The position numbers and the translations under genes were made by a program. From NCBI GenBank assembly GCA_025201805.1, contig MU619388.1, forward strand, positions 1 to 44,203: DNA of 44,203 bases, given 5' to 3'. The notes under the pieces were generated by a model. It was given only the letters and a program-made list of their open reading frames with translations, had not been told where the DNA came from and made no database searches. Positions 26,979 to 39,639 of the stretch are shown one piece after another. Source of the DNA: Parasitella parasitica NRRL 2501. Lineage: Eukaryota; Fungi; Mucoromycota. Each line of letters starts with the position of its first letter. Positions within the stretch are counted from its first letter, which is position 1.

Positions 26979-28172
26979 AGTATGCATCATCTTGGCTGTA
27001 CACTGAGTAAAGGAAAAGCTCCAGTAAAAGGCTTCACTCAACCAAACCTTGTCATCAAGAACTTTCTTTTTATGAAATGTGAAGCGTCAATAGCGAACGT
27101 TCCATCCAACTTTAGGTATACCTACATTAAATCAGAAACAGTTGATCGAAAATTATTGATTGGGTTCGAGAACAGTAGCTCTCAATCAGGAGCTATAAGC
27201 AGTGCGGGTGCCACAGCTGAATTCCACAAAGCTAGACAATTGCCTACTGTTATGGAAACAATGAATAAATAGGTGTTACCACATCAAGAAAAGCTTTCAA
27301 AGCTACAAAGACATCCCTAGGATGGTGGTCATGGTATTGCGCTCTTTTGAAGAGGAAAAAATCTGTAAATCTTGATCTGTGCACGCAATTGCAGAAGGCC
27401 AGAAATGCTTTTATAACGCCGTGTACATGAAAACATCAAGTCTAAAAGTACATTTGAAATAATTTAGTGTTAATTTGCCAAGAATAGCTGATGCATCAAC
27501 ATAATTTAAATAAAGTCAGTATATTGTGAGGGACGGATTTAAGGATGGTTACCATTGCACGTAGCATGTAGTGTCCAGGTCAAACACTCTTTTCGTTGAT
27601 AAATCGCTTCCAAGCACTCATCGCCATAGAGCACAATTTTTTCTCACTTGAAGAACTCAAAACGTTGGATCAGATTATTTTAAGACATGAATTGAAATTC
27701 GACATCATTGATAATGCAAAGGGACAGCGTAACATTATGAGGCTGAAAAAATAACTATCAATATCTTGTACTCAAAAGGCTAAATCAGCTTTAGTCAGTA
27801 TCTGTTCCTTGCTGCAAGTCCATCTACATGTGCAGAGATTGTGGATATTCCACGTGCAGCCTAAAACCATAGGTTGCACTTGACGACAACAAGCTAGGCA
27901 AGAATAAGAGACAAGTATAACTCGACCAAGAGGTGCTGCAGCTGTTTCCAAGAAAAAGAAAAGCAATTGGTTCGTGACGACAATGGTAATATAGAACACA
28001 AATTGAGTGCTGTCATATGCATGAGTGTCCACTGCCCTAAAAGGTTGGATGGTGGCAAGACAACGATGAAGCGCGATCTCCAAGGGGTAAGATACATCAC
28101 ACATTGATGGGATTTAGCAGGCTATTCTCAGCAGATCACCTCCCATTACCGTCTTTTAGACGAGAAAAATAA
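26979..28172 (+). pseudogene. Degenerate Fanzor1/TnpB-like nuclease gene (second family)
   Basis: RuvC-I-like GTDLRMVTIARS...TLFSLINRFQAL (27530-). RuvC-II/Zn finger RDKYNSTKRCCSCF (27907-), then AVICMSVHCPKRL, RuvC-III TTMKRDLQG (28060-) and terminal LMGFSRLFSADHLPLPSFRR. Multiple stops and frameshifts; the 5' boundary is uncertain. Confidence 0.75.
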
Positions 28173-28330
28173 TATCAATCGTAATGAGCTCCCAATACTT
28201 GATGTTTTCTCGACTGGTTGTCTAATCGCCTATTTTGGGTACATTGTACAGTATTTATTGAGCAACCTCGCAAGCCAGTCTGGCGATGTTGAGACCCGCA
28301 CTTAGCCCGGTGATTCATTGGCAATTAGGC
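28173..28330 (+). ncRNA. Candidate Fanzor omega-RNA scaffold remnant
   Basis: GC-richer segment immediately 3' of the Fanzor relic, with complementary blocks (gactggtt/agccagtc; ggttg/caacc; gcca-gtc-tggc). The position matches where omega-RNAs are encoded; this is inference only. Confidence 0.35.
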
Positions 28331-28441
28331 AAACGTTATTAAAGTCATCCAAGTGCACGTTTTTTTATTCTTTTTACTTTCTCTCCCTATATTTTTTCTT
28401 TTCCCCCCTCTCCTCTTTCAATTCTATTTATTATACAGGTT

Positions 28442-30853
28442 ATGGCAGCAGCAATAGAAGAGGAGCTCGTAATAGACTGGACTACCGCTATTGAAGCACT
28501 GGACTTGTTAACTATTCAAGAAATTTTCGATCTTCAACCTGAATTATTATGGACACCATTACAGCCTTTGGCGCATCTCGAGAATGATTTTTCCCACTTT
28601 ATAAATAAGCTGCAAGATTTTGTAATACTAGGCACATCTATACGCCCCGTATACGCCCTTCACCACGTTTTGTTCGATTACGGTTTAGAAGGCGATGAGT
28701 GGGCCCCTGAACGTAATGAACTAGTAAATTTCATTTTGAAGGTCTGTTGCCTATATTTTGATGGCATCACAAACATATCACTAAAGATTGCGTATAGCAT
28801 ACCAAAGGAAACGAGCTGAATACATGTCTGTGGGGCGATGAAAAAAACACAGTTATGCACCTTGCTTACTTGATAAATCAGCCCGACCTAACGCAAAAAC
28901 TAATGGATAAGGGCGCATTGGTCAATATACCGAATCAATCTGGGCATCTACCTCATAAACCGTCAGCTACTGATAATACTAATGCTTTTCAAAGCATGGC
29001 AAAAGAAGTAGAAGCAGAAACATCTGCAACGCCCTCAATGTCTGACAACGTAACTCCAGCGCTACATGAGGATTCACAACCAGAAGTGAAGCTCTTGGTT
29101 AACAAATCTAAATCTGCAGCGGCTAACAAAGAACGTATCCCTGCCAATGCATCTGACCGGTTCAAACGACTGCGCGAACTAGCAGAATCGCCTAATGCTA
29201 ACAAAAACAAACCAATTTCTGAAAGACAGAATTCAACCAGACGCTACTTTCGCCCTGGACATTTAGAGGAAAGAAAGCGCCGAGTTTTAAGTGAAGAGGA
29301 AGAAGCAGAGCTAGAGAAGCAAAGGCTGAGGAGACAAAAAGAAGTAGAGCTGATTGCACAACGTTCTGCAGTCAAGAACAATCCACTGTTTAAAAAATTT
29401 GAAAAACAAACGCAAGACCAGGATCTGCAGGGAAAGCCAGCTATTTCAGCTGTTTCTGCAATGAGAGACAGACAGAAATTGCTAGGCCCCGCAGATCACA
29501 TCCGCCGTAGCTCTCGAGTCATTAGTTCATTAAAAGACAGGTCTTACGTATCTGGCAGTGTATTTCGCCAGCAATCGGATACTGCTAATGGCCTTCAAAA
29601 CAGCGAGAATAACTTGAAGGTCCCCACGCTGGCTCAGTTGAGAGCTGGATCTTCGACAACTATGGCTATCTCGCGAGAAACATCACCAAATGTGAGCGAC
29701 AATGAGGACGAGGCAGACGATGCAGTAGATTCATCAAAGACCACTCAGTCTTCTGAAGAAATTAACTCTCTAATCTCTTCAACAACTAATGTTATGAAAC
29801 ATGAAGCTGATATTGGCAACCTAACCGTAACCAAAGAAAAATCATTACTGGACAACCAGAGTGGGGACATGAAGCTCAGTGAATCTAGCTACAAACTACC
29901 CAATGGGCTAAACGAAGCAACAACAGCCGTTAAAAAGATAATGGAGAATGACGTTGAGTCCTTGTCTATTGGCAAATTATCAATGAAATCTATTGAAATC
30001 AAGCAAAACAGCCCAACCGCTAATCAAGTTGGCACAAGTAAAGTGAGGCAAATTGTGAATGCACATGAGCATCTCAATGACGAGGAAGAGATTGAAAATT
30101 ATTCAACGGGCAAAATCTTCTCAATATGGAAAAAAGACGACCATGGCGATTTGATTGAACAAAAGCTACAAACGTCTGCTGCTTATCAAGTTCAAGCACC
30201 ACCAGAAGGTAAGCCTCGGTATCTTTTAGGCTTGCTTATAATGGTTTAACATTGTATCAGTTGTTGATGAGGTCATTTCAGACAGTGGATATGGTAATCG
30301 CACTCAATCGAAGCCGGTAATTCCTGCCAAAAGTAAATCTAGACCTACCAGTAAAGCAATTCGTACTGAAAAGGGAGAAACACGAGTAGGTGGTCGTGCT
30401 GAGAACTCAACAACTTCTATTGTGCATCAAAAAATAGAACCAGTACCCAATTTAGCTGGTTCTAGATCAATCAACGGGCCTGAAGTTGTAATCGGGGTAA
30501 AACATCAGGAACCTGAAGAACAGCAAACAAGAGCTATATCAACAAAAGAGCATGATCATGTATTGCAAGACAACAAATCAAATCTTGCCGAATACATTTC
30601 GTTAGAATCCGAATCTCCAATAGCTGCTAACGACAATAGTCTTGATCTCGCTAAAGATAAATTCAACAGCATTACTGTTCCTGAGCCAACATCTACAATT
30701 ACCACACTCCCGACAGCTGAAAAGCAACCAATGAATGCCAAAGACCTCTCATTATCATCAGCAACATCTGCTACCATAGAGACACCCATAGAAAATACAA
30801 TAGGTGTGTTTTTAATAGATTGCCAGTATGGATATTATACTAACACATCATTC

Positions 30854-30921
<68 letters not shown>

Positions 30922-33900
30922 CCCTTAGAATTAATACAGTTACATCTAGAACCAATACAAGCACAGACGACGAAGATGATGAAGATCAAAATTCAGCTGT
31001 GACGCCCACATTAACAAACCCTCAACCAGAGCAACAGAAGCAAGTAGATACGTTGACATTACTGAATCAAAGAGAAAACTTTGAATATCAAGACAATGCC
31101 AGCCAAATTGACGATAGGTCTTCTTATTGCTCTGATGCCAATGAATCGAGTGTCCTCAGAGGCTTCCATTTACAGCAAAATCACCTCAATCAGTGGACTC
31201 ATGAAAACGACATGAATTCAACTGCTGATGTTGGGCAGAAACGACAGAGCGGCACACAAAGGAGTTATTGGACTGCAGGTATTCAAATGGTAGAAGCTGC
31301 TGCTGCTAATAAACGAGAATCGTTTGCTAGCAGCACTGCTCCTCATTCAGCTAGCGAGACAGGTAGCAGTGATCAATGGTTTGATCCTGATGATGCTTGG
31401 ACTGTGGACTCACGCAGACAATCTGAACTAAAGACCAGCCGCCACAGCGATCTATCAGTAGATTCAAGTACATTTTCTTACAAGCATTCTGATTTAACCG
31501 AGAATACAAGGCTAGAAGAGGAGGAGGAAGATGATGATGATGATAGCTACTGCCGTTACCAACAGCAAGCCCGATATGATCATGATGCAACCCAAGGCCT
31601 GCAAACACACATTTATCAGCAAGACAATGAGGCAACCCAACAGGAGGAGCCAGCAGTAACGCAGAATGAAGAGAACTTTCAACATTATTCAAAGTTTGAT
31701 GGCAGAGGGCCTATGATGAACGCAGTGCATTCTTCATCGAGTAAATCATCAGCTGAAAATGATGAAGATGGCTATTATTCTACCAAGTTGCATGTATTAT
31801 CACAAAATCAACTGGATATGAAGGCTCAACCACGCCAGTTGCAGACTACGACTATTCCCAGCAGTATCACTGCAACCGCAACGATAGACAGAGACAGCGA
31901 CGATGAACACAATGACTATTACTCAACAAATCTGTACTCAAAGGAGGATACCATATCAAGGGGGTACCATGCCGAAGAAGCGCGTTATTCATCAAACCAA
32001 AGCGAAAAAGAAGCACAACCACGTCAAGTGAATATTATAACGACTATTCCTAATTCTGCTGTTGGAACAGCAACCATAGATTATGACAGCGATGATTACT
32101 ATGGAACCAACCTGCAGACAAATACCTTGAAACAAGACGATATGGACGATGAATATTACGCTACCAATGTAAACGCACACTCTTCAAAACAAATCATCAC
32201 CGATTCAGCTGTGGATGTTCAGCCATGCTCGCTGAATACGATAGCGAGCTCGAAAACCGTCGATAACACTGACGAAGACGATTACTACTCTACCATGTTA
32301 CATACTGCGCCGTCACCCAATAGAGCACGGGAAAAGGGCATGAGCAGTTACTATCAGCATAATGAGGGTGACGACCAAGGAGATCATGAGGAAGAGGGAG
32401 AGATTACTGTATTTATGAACCATCAGTATCATCCACATCCTGAGCTAATTGTTCACAATCACTCTGTAAATTCATTGCATTCAACAACCACACAAAAAAA
32501 CTTCCTGGGCATAAAGACAGTAGCTAATGACAATGATGACACTGAGTCATTGTATAAAATACCTTCTCACACGATTGACATTGCTGATGCAGGCACCATA
32601 CAAGCAACCGTACCCCACGATCCCAATAACCCTCGTATAGAAGATATTTCTCATTATATGAATGCACTGCCTGCCCTCGGAGGCAAGACAAGAGACATTG
32701 GCGGTTCTATTTACGACCTCGACCGACAGGAAGATAACATTGTCAAACGAGCCATCTCTACCAAGGAAAATTTGCAATTAGACTTTGACACAACAATTCC
32801 CAATATTGAACTGAACCCTATTCGAGGCATTCCCAATGCCCATGAAGTCAACGAGCATTTTATGAACAACTCGCATATTGCAGATGGCGGTAAAATTTCC
32901 ATGTCGTCTATGGAAATGAGTCAGTTTGGTAAAATTTATATTGGAGTGAGCGGTGCCCATCATATGCTGCTGCCTCTGCCAAGAGAGATCACCTACGTTC
33001 GCTGCGTCATTAGCGACGGCGAATTTGAGTACATGTCTCGGTATGAAGTACTGGGACATCAGATTTTGATGGACTACGAATGCGTCATTGACACCAAGCC
33101 AGGCATGATCATTACTGTTTCGTTGCATGTTCGACCAGATTACCACGTCAAACCAAAAACTGGTTGGAGCAGATGGTTTACATCCGTCCGAAAGCAAAAG
33201 GAACATTTGAGCGGCTATGTTCATCCTGACGACGGTGCTATTGGGCAAACGCGATTTGCAGTCGACCATATGGTGCCTGGATGCTATAAAAGGACCTATG
33301 AAGCATATTTTGACTGCTTTAATTCGTGGTACGCAAGAACAACCAGAGAGCGCGCGAGAAGAGAGCAATTTGGAGACGAGGAAGACTTCCTCAAGATTGT
33401 GGGCAAATTAAATGTCGAAATGTTGTATCTGCCTGTGTCCAATCCAACTGTGGTAAGTGTGTGTGCGTGTGCTTTTTTCCAACATGATCTCTAAAAGTAA
33501 TTGTGTATACAGCAAGTGCCTAGAACCCTTAGAGAATGCGATCTAACTCTGAAAATTCGACAATGGCACGACACATGCTGGCAGAGCGGCTATCTGACCA
33601 CACGACGCCAAGGCAATAAGGTAAATTAAAGCTTCATTTTGCCCCACATGACAAATTACTGACAAACAAAACGTAGGTTTGGGAAAGACACTATTACCGC
33701 CTGATTGGCAGCCAGTTAATTGGTTATACGAGTGAAGAAAAAGGAAATGATCGACAGGTCTGGGACCACTACAATATTGCGGATGTCTTGAAGCTCAGTG
33801 CAGCAGCCGACAAAGTGATCGTCGCGCTTGTGGAAGAAGACACATCCAAAGTATTCACAGATTCAATTCATTCATCTGACTCCAAAGGATTCTTTAGGCT

Positions 33901-34021
33901 GACGTTTACAGACTATTATCTCGACTGTGTTAGCGATGATTTGGACGACAGCGAGGAATGGGTACAGACATTAAAGTCCATGATCGGAAGAGTTCCACTA
34001 CGGCTACCGTTTTCAGATTAA
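28442..34021 (+). CDS. Large ankyrin-repeat / low-complexity / C2-like / PH-domain protein (Bud4/anillin-like architecture)
   Basis: N-terminal ankyrin (WGDEKNTVMHLAYLINQPDL...GALVN) and a long disordered middle. The C-terminal beta domain (GKIYIGVSGAHHMLLPLP...GAIGQTRF) is followed by a PH domain (WQSGYLTTRRQ..WERHYYRLIGSQL...EEWVQTLKSMI). ORF pieces are linked by GT-AG introns. Confidence 0.75.
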
Positions 34022-34674
34022 ACACAATAAAGATTGCCACATGTACCATGACAGCTATAGTGAGACGTTTTTCATTATTCTATTAAAGTATTAAACATAA
34101 ACGATTTGTCTTTCTAGAGTTTATAGATATTTATATATTGCAAAAAATCCAGCAAAATTCCACATCTCAGAGGGCTAAACCAACTAACTTTCCGTTAGCG
34201 GAAACCTGTATTAAACATTTTTGATTCGGTGATTCCAGAAAGAAGATTCAATCTACTAGCATAGATAGAGACCTCATGGATGGGGCTAGAAAAGTAGCTT
34301 GCACGGATGTAGAAAAAAAAAAAAAAAAAAAACAATCACCTGCTGTTTAATTAGAAAGCCGTATGTTGAAATTCTCATGTCATTTAAAAAGCAGGAATTA
34401 GCATTTATATGTTTCAAATAAATACACATGGGATCAAGTATCTTGTGTTTTTAGAAGCGATGGATGTAGGATACAATGGAGAAAAGCAGAGAATATGACT
34501 ACATCAAAATGAGAGTATAAAAAAACCACAGTAAAAATGGAGTTTCTTTTGATGAACCAGTTGGAAGCTATTTCCGGGATGTGCTTGGGGTTTCCAGACC
34601 CTTTTTAAGATGCAATCCTGTTATTCTCTTTCAGTGTTTCTTTTCTTTCCACTTCCAAACATTTTTGTTCGAAA

Positions 34675-36845
34675 ATGAATAGACGATTTTATATTTTGAC
34701 GTTAATCTCTTTTTTATGCTGCTTGTTAATATTCACATTTTATCCGTCACTGAGATCATCCTCTGAGGCATATGCATCATCAATATATGCCTCGAGAGAC
34801 GAAAGAAATTCAGTGTTGAAAGTCTTTGATAAAAAGGGTGCATTGGCCACAATGCTATGTGACCCTAATATGGTAAAACTTTGTTGTGAACACAAAAAAT
34901 CTTTGCAAGTGTAACTCACATTATGGTTGTCATGTAGATGGAGCCAACATTGGTTTCGATATACTCGTTGAACGCAGCTTTTGCAAAGAAGCCTTCGAGC
35001 AAAGCCGATATAATTGTGCTGATCCCTGAATCCATTCGATTTGAACACCAAGATATCCAACGTTTGAAAAAGCTTGGCACACATGTGATTCGAGTGAGTG
35101 CTCAACTTTGACATTTCAAAGCAATTTGCCTAAAACCTTCACAATTAGGTTGCATTTCCACAATCAATGTTGGACGGCGAAAGCAATGCTTGCAGCGCAC
35201 TCATCAATCTTTGGGCTCTATTCGACTACCAGAAGATTGTGTACTTCTCTCCTGATGTAGTATTTGATAAAGTATGTCATCTTTACGATAAAAAAAAATT
35301 TTTTAAGCGCTATTCCAACCCTAACCCTACCGATACTAATTATAGAACGTCGATCAGTTGTTCGATTACAGGCCTGGTTCTGCCTTGTCACTGAATGATG
35401 ATCAAAATACCCCACTTTTTGTACTAGCACCAAACCCGAGCGCATTTGAAAGCCTTGTCCAAAAATACAGGAAAGCACCAGCAAACAACCGTTCGTTCGC
35501 TGAGCTGTTGCAGGATTCATATTTCGATTACAAGCTGAGAATTCCTCCTAAAGAGATTAACGAGGTAGGTCCTTCTGTCCAAACTCTATCACAGTTGATA
35601 TTGACGCCATCCTGTGACATGCACAGAACGTTCATGTTTTCTCTGCTCCCATGAAGCCTTGGAACTTTCATGCTTACAGCGATATCGACTGGAAAAAGCA
35701 TTACGACCCTGTCAGCTTTTACGAATGGCGCCGTGTCAATAATGACGTTAGACGTCTGCTTGATCCTTGTATGTACACATCTCCCCAACAAAAATGTTTA
35801 AAATCACTAATGCATTGTGCACACAGCTGCCACAAAGGACTGGGTGAACGAACCTAGACAGCAAGTTGTTTGCGACTCCTATTTGCAATCTGTTGCGAAT
35901 GTCAACCATTTTCCAATCCATGGTAAATTCTCTGTCATGATCAGCACGTACAACCCAGAACGCATCGAACGTCTCTCACTGATCATTCGACATTTACTCA
36001 AATCTGACAAAGTGCACACTGTCTTTATTACATGGCACAACCCCGCCTTGGATGTACCTGCGACGCTGTATCAAGATATCAACGAAAAAGACTATGAGCG
36101 AGTCAAGGTGTTGAGTCAAACTTTTGATTCCTTGAACAACCGTTTCAACCCTGTGGACGAGCTGAAAACCGATGCCGTGTACATCATGGACGATGACATC
36201 TATGTCGACTTGAAAGACTTGGAATTTACTTTTTCTGTAAGTGTGTCTGATTTTACCATACAACGAGGCTCATACTAATACTGGACAGGTCTGGCGTTCT
36301 CGAAAAGATAGCGTTGTTGGTCATTTCCCTCGTCTGCACACCTACGACCCGATTACAAAAGATGCCACCTACAAATTGATCGGGAAGGCGCCTTACAGCA
36401 TCATCTTGACAAAAAGCATGTTTATTAGGTCAGACTATTTGTTCAGTTATACTTGGTAAAGCTTTAAAAGCACCCAGATTGACTCGAATCTGTTCAACTA
36501 ATATTTCTCTGTAATAGTCTACTCGAGCCCAAGTTGCATCAGCTCGTCGATAATCAGCTGAACTGCGAAGATCTTGGCTTTTCAATGATGGCTTCTGGAA
36601 TGAGCAATGCTGCCTCTACGTTTGTTCGCCCAAGAAAGTACATGGAGGATTTCGGGCTCAAGCAGGGCATCAGTACTAATACAGCACATATGCCTGCCCG
36701 CGCTGATTGCATTTCGGATTTCATTACTTTATTCTGGAATGCAAAGGATCCTCTAGTCAATTCATATGATATTGCGGCAACCTTTGCCAAGCCTCTGATT
36801 CGAGTAGGAAATTGGGATAGAATCGAGAAAACTATCCTTGGCTAA
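34675..36845 (+). CDS. Type II membrane glycosyltransferase: GT8-like domain fused to GT64 (exostosin/EXTL C-terminal) domain
   Basis: N-terminal TM anchor. GT8-like motifs ALATMLCD, LWALFDYQKIVYFSPD and VHVF...KPW. GT64 motifs FSVMISTY, VFITWHN, SLNNRFNP, IMDDDI, VVGHFPRLH, YSIILTK, NCEDL and RADCI. Confidence 0.85.
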
Positions 36846-37480
36846 ATCGATCCGGCATTAGATTTCATACATATCCTCTCTCTCTCTCTCTGCATTAATA
36901 ATTTCTACAGCCATGGCATTAATAAAACAATCATTAAAGTGTACATTTTGACCGTATTTATATCAACTGAAGCAATCCTAAAGAGCGGATTCATGGCTTT
37001 GTGCGCACAGACCTGTATACCGGAAAAAATCATTGAAAATTTGCAATCAACCAGAATTTTACGCAAGACACACCAATTCAATTTGCTTGGGATTCATCGA
37101 CCATTAAAACCCCCAGCATATTTTTGGTATTTGAATTGACAGCGTTCGGAAATGTTGTATTTCAAATATCTCAAGAAACCAAGTTGATCAAATTGATCCA
37201 TTCATGTCATCCGCTCCTAAGGGATATGGTACTAGTACCTATTTAGACTTGCTTCACAAAGAAGATTTCTATTCTGTGACGTACATTAAAGATTTTTACT
37301 AAAAAGATCTTCAATTACACCATGTCCGGCCAACACTGGGATACCGAATGTGGAAGGTGATGGTCTGGGGGTCAACAGGGATGTCCAAATGTTCAGACGG
37401 GTGTGTTTTATTTTGTTTTTTTCTGCTTCCAAATCCTTCTTTATTGTACATTATATATATATAAAAAAAAAAAAATCAAG

Positions 37481-39639
37481 ATGGCACCCGTCCAAAGCAC
37501 TGAGAAAGCATCTTCTGTAACATTAGACAAAATCAAAAAGTCGCTCGAGGACAAGGATTGGAAGTTTTACTGCGCTGTCGCTGCCGGTTTGACCCTTGCA
37601 GGTGCTGGTGTTTACTATATCACTTCAGGTGGAAGCAAAAAGGGTAAAAAGAAGCCTGAATCAAAGAGAGAAGGTAGTTTCAGACTGTGCCATACGTGAT
37701 TGCTATTATACTAAACGATTCCCATGTCTCTATTCTAGTCAACAAAGAATCAACTACAGCAGCCACAAAAGCCGCTGCCACCCCTGCTGCCACTTTGACA
37801 TCAAAAGAGGCTGCCACCACTACTACTACAACCGAAACAGCCACCACTACATCTACCCCTGACTACGCTACTTTATCACAGGTTGAAATTGCTGCTTTGA
37901 CCGATGAGGTATTCTGAAATGTCAAAATATAAAGTGTCAATCAACCAACCAGTTTTCCCCATAGCAACGTGCCGAGGCCGCTCAATCTCTAAAGACAAAA
38001 GGCAATGCAAAGTTCAGTGGAAAGTCGTATGAAGAAGCTGCTGAATTGTACACTCTGGCTCTTCAATACAAGGCCGATCCCATCTTCTTCTCCAACCGTG
38101 CTGCCTGCTATGCTAATTTGGGTTACAACGATCGCGTTATTGAGGACTGTAACGAAGCTCTTCGCTTAGATCCTGTTTACGTAAAGGCATTGAATAGGCG
38201 TGCTCATGCTTTAGAAAAGAAGGGTGATTTAGAAAATTCTCTTTATGGTAAGCATCTCATTAGTGGGTGTCGGGGAGTGTAGGACGCTGACACATTTTGG
38301 CAGATTTCACTTGCGTCTGTATTCTTGATGCCTTCAAGAATGATACTGCTAGTAAAGCGATGGAACGTGTTTTGAAGCTTGTTTCTGAAAAGAGAGCCAA
38401 GGAAATCATGAAGGTTAGTAAAGGAAGCCATTCTCGATGCGACTTTAGCCTATACTAAAAAAAAAAAAATCGCACGTGTGAATAGACCAAAAAGCCTCGT
38501 TTACCTTCTCCCACTTTTGTCAGTGCCTATCTTGATTCATTCCGTCCTGGTAAGAGCTAATTGTTTGAGGTGGAGTTGTTCAATTGCTGATACAATGTTG
38601 TCATAGTTGTTCAAGATTTAACCAGCATTCCTGACGACAACACCGGTGATGCTTATTACGCAAAGGCTTATCATGCTATTGCTGAAAAGGATTACAATGG
38701 TGCTTTAGAAGCATGTGAAAAGGCTGTGGAGTTGGGCTGCTCCAAGGCTTATCAAGCCTATGCATTGAATTTGATGGGTACTTTTGCTTTCTTGAAAGGT
38801 AATACTTCTGAAGCATTGACCTGGTTCAATAAGGCTGTGGAAGCTGATCCCAAGTATGTCCAAAGTTATATCAAGCGTTCTAGTATCTACATGGAGCAAG
38901 GTATGTTTATATGTAATTAGGGATTAGAGGAAAGATAATAACTGTGCACCATTCATCAGGGGATGTTGACACCACTTACAAGCAATTCGAGGATGCTGTT
39001 GCCATTAATCCGAGCGATCCTGATATTTATTATCACAGAGGTCAAGTCAACTACATCAGTGGAAAGTACGATGCTGCCGCCAAAGATTATAGCGAAAGCA
39101 TCAAATTGGACGATTCCTTTGTTTATGCCCACATTCAGCTCGGCGTTGTCCAGTATAAGCTTGGTTCCATTTCCTCCTCCATGTCTACATTCAACAATAC
39201 TCTCAAGAAATTCGCCGACAGTACCGATGTTCACAATTACTATGGTGAGCTCTTGGTAGATCAGCAAAAGCTGCCCGAGGCCATCGAAATGTTTGGCAAG
39301 GCTATGACCTTGGATCCCAAAAATCCTCTTCCTTACATCAACAAGGCCATGCTGATGTATCAAGTGATGGGTAACATCGAAGAGGCCACTCAATTATGTC
39401 AGAGCGCTTTGGAGGTTGATCCTGCCTGTGATGCTGCTGTTGCTTCTCTTGCCCAGATCCTTTTGGAACAAGGCAAGCCCGAAGAAGCTCTTAAATACTA
39501 CGAAATGGCCATCAATTTAGCTAGAACTGAAGCCGAATTGGAACATGCCATTTCTTATGTGGAGGCTACAAAGACGCAGACTCGTTTCGCCAATGATTTC
39601 CCTGACGCTGCTGCTAAATTGAAGGCATTGAGAGGTTAA
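37481..39639 (+). CDS. TOM70: Mitochondrial import receptor Tom70
   Basis: N-terminal signal anchor (CAVAAGLTLAGAGVYYI), TPR clamp (LKTKGNAKF, FFSNRAACY, YVKALNRRAHALE), RLPSPTFVSAYLDSF and DPDIYYHRGQV, followed by further TPRs. Confidence 0.93.

Noticed and set aside
32778-33368. 196-aa antisense ORF, and similar antisense ORFs over DAK, Tom70, the cyclin and the glycosyltransferase
   Set aside because: Shadows of real coding regions on the opposite strand, with no independent motifs.
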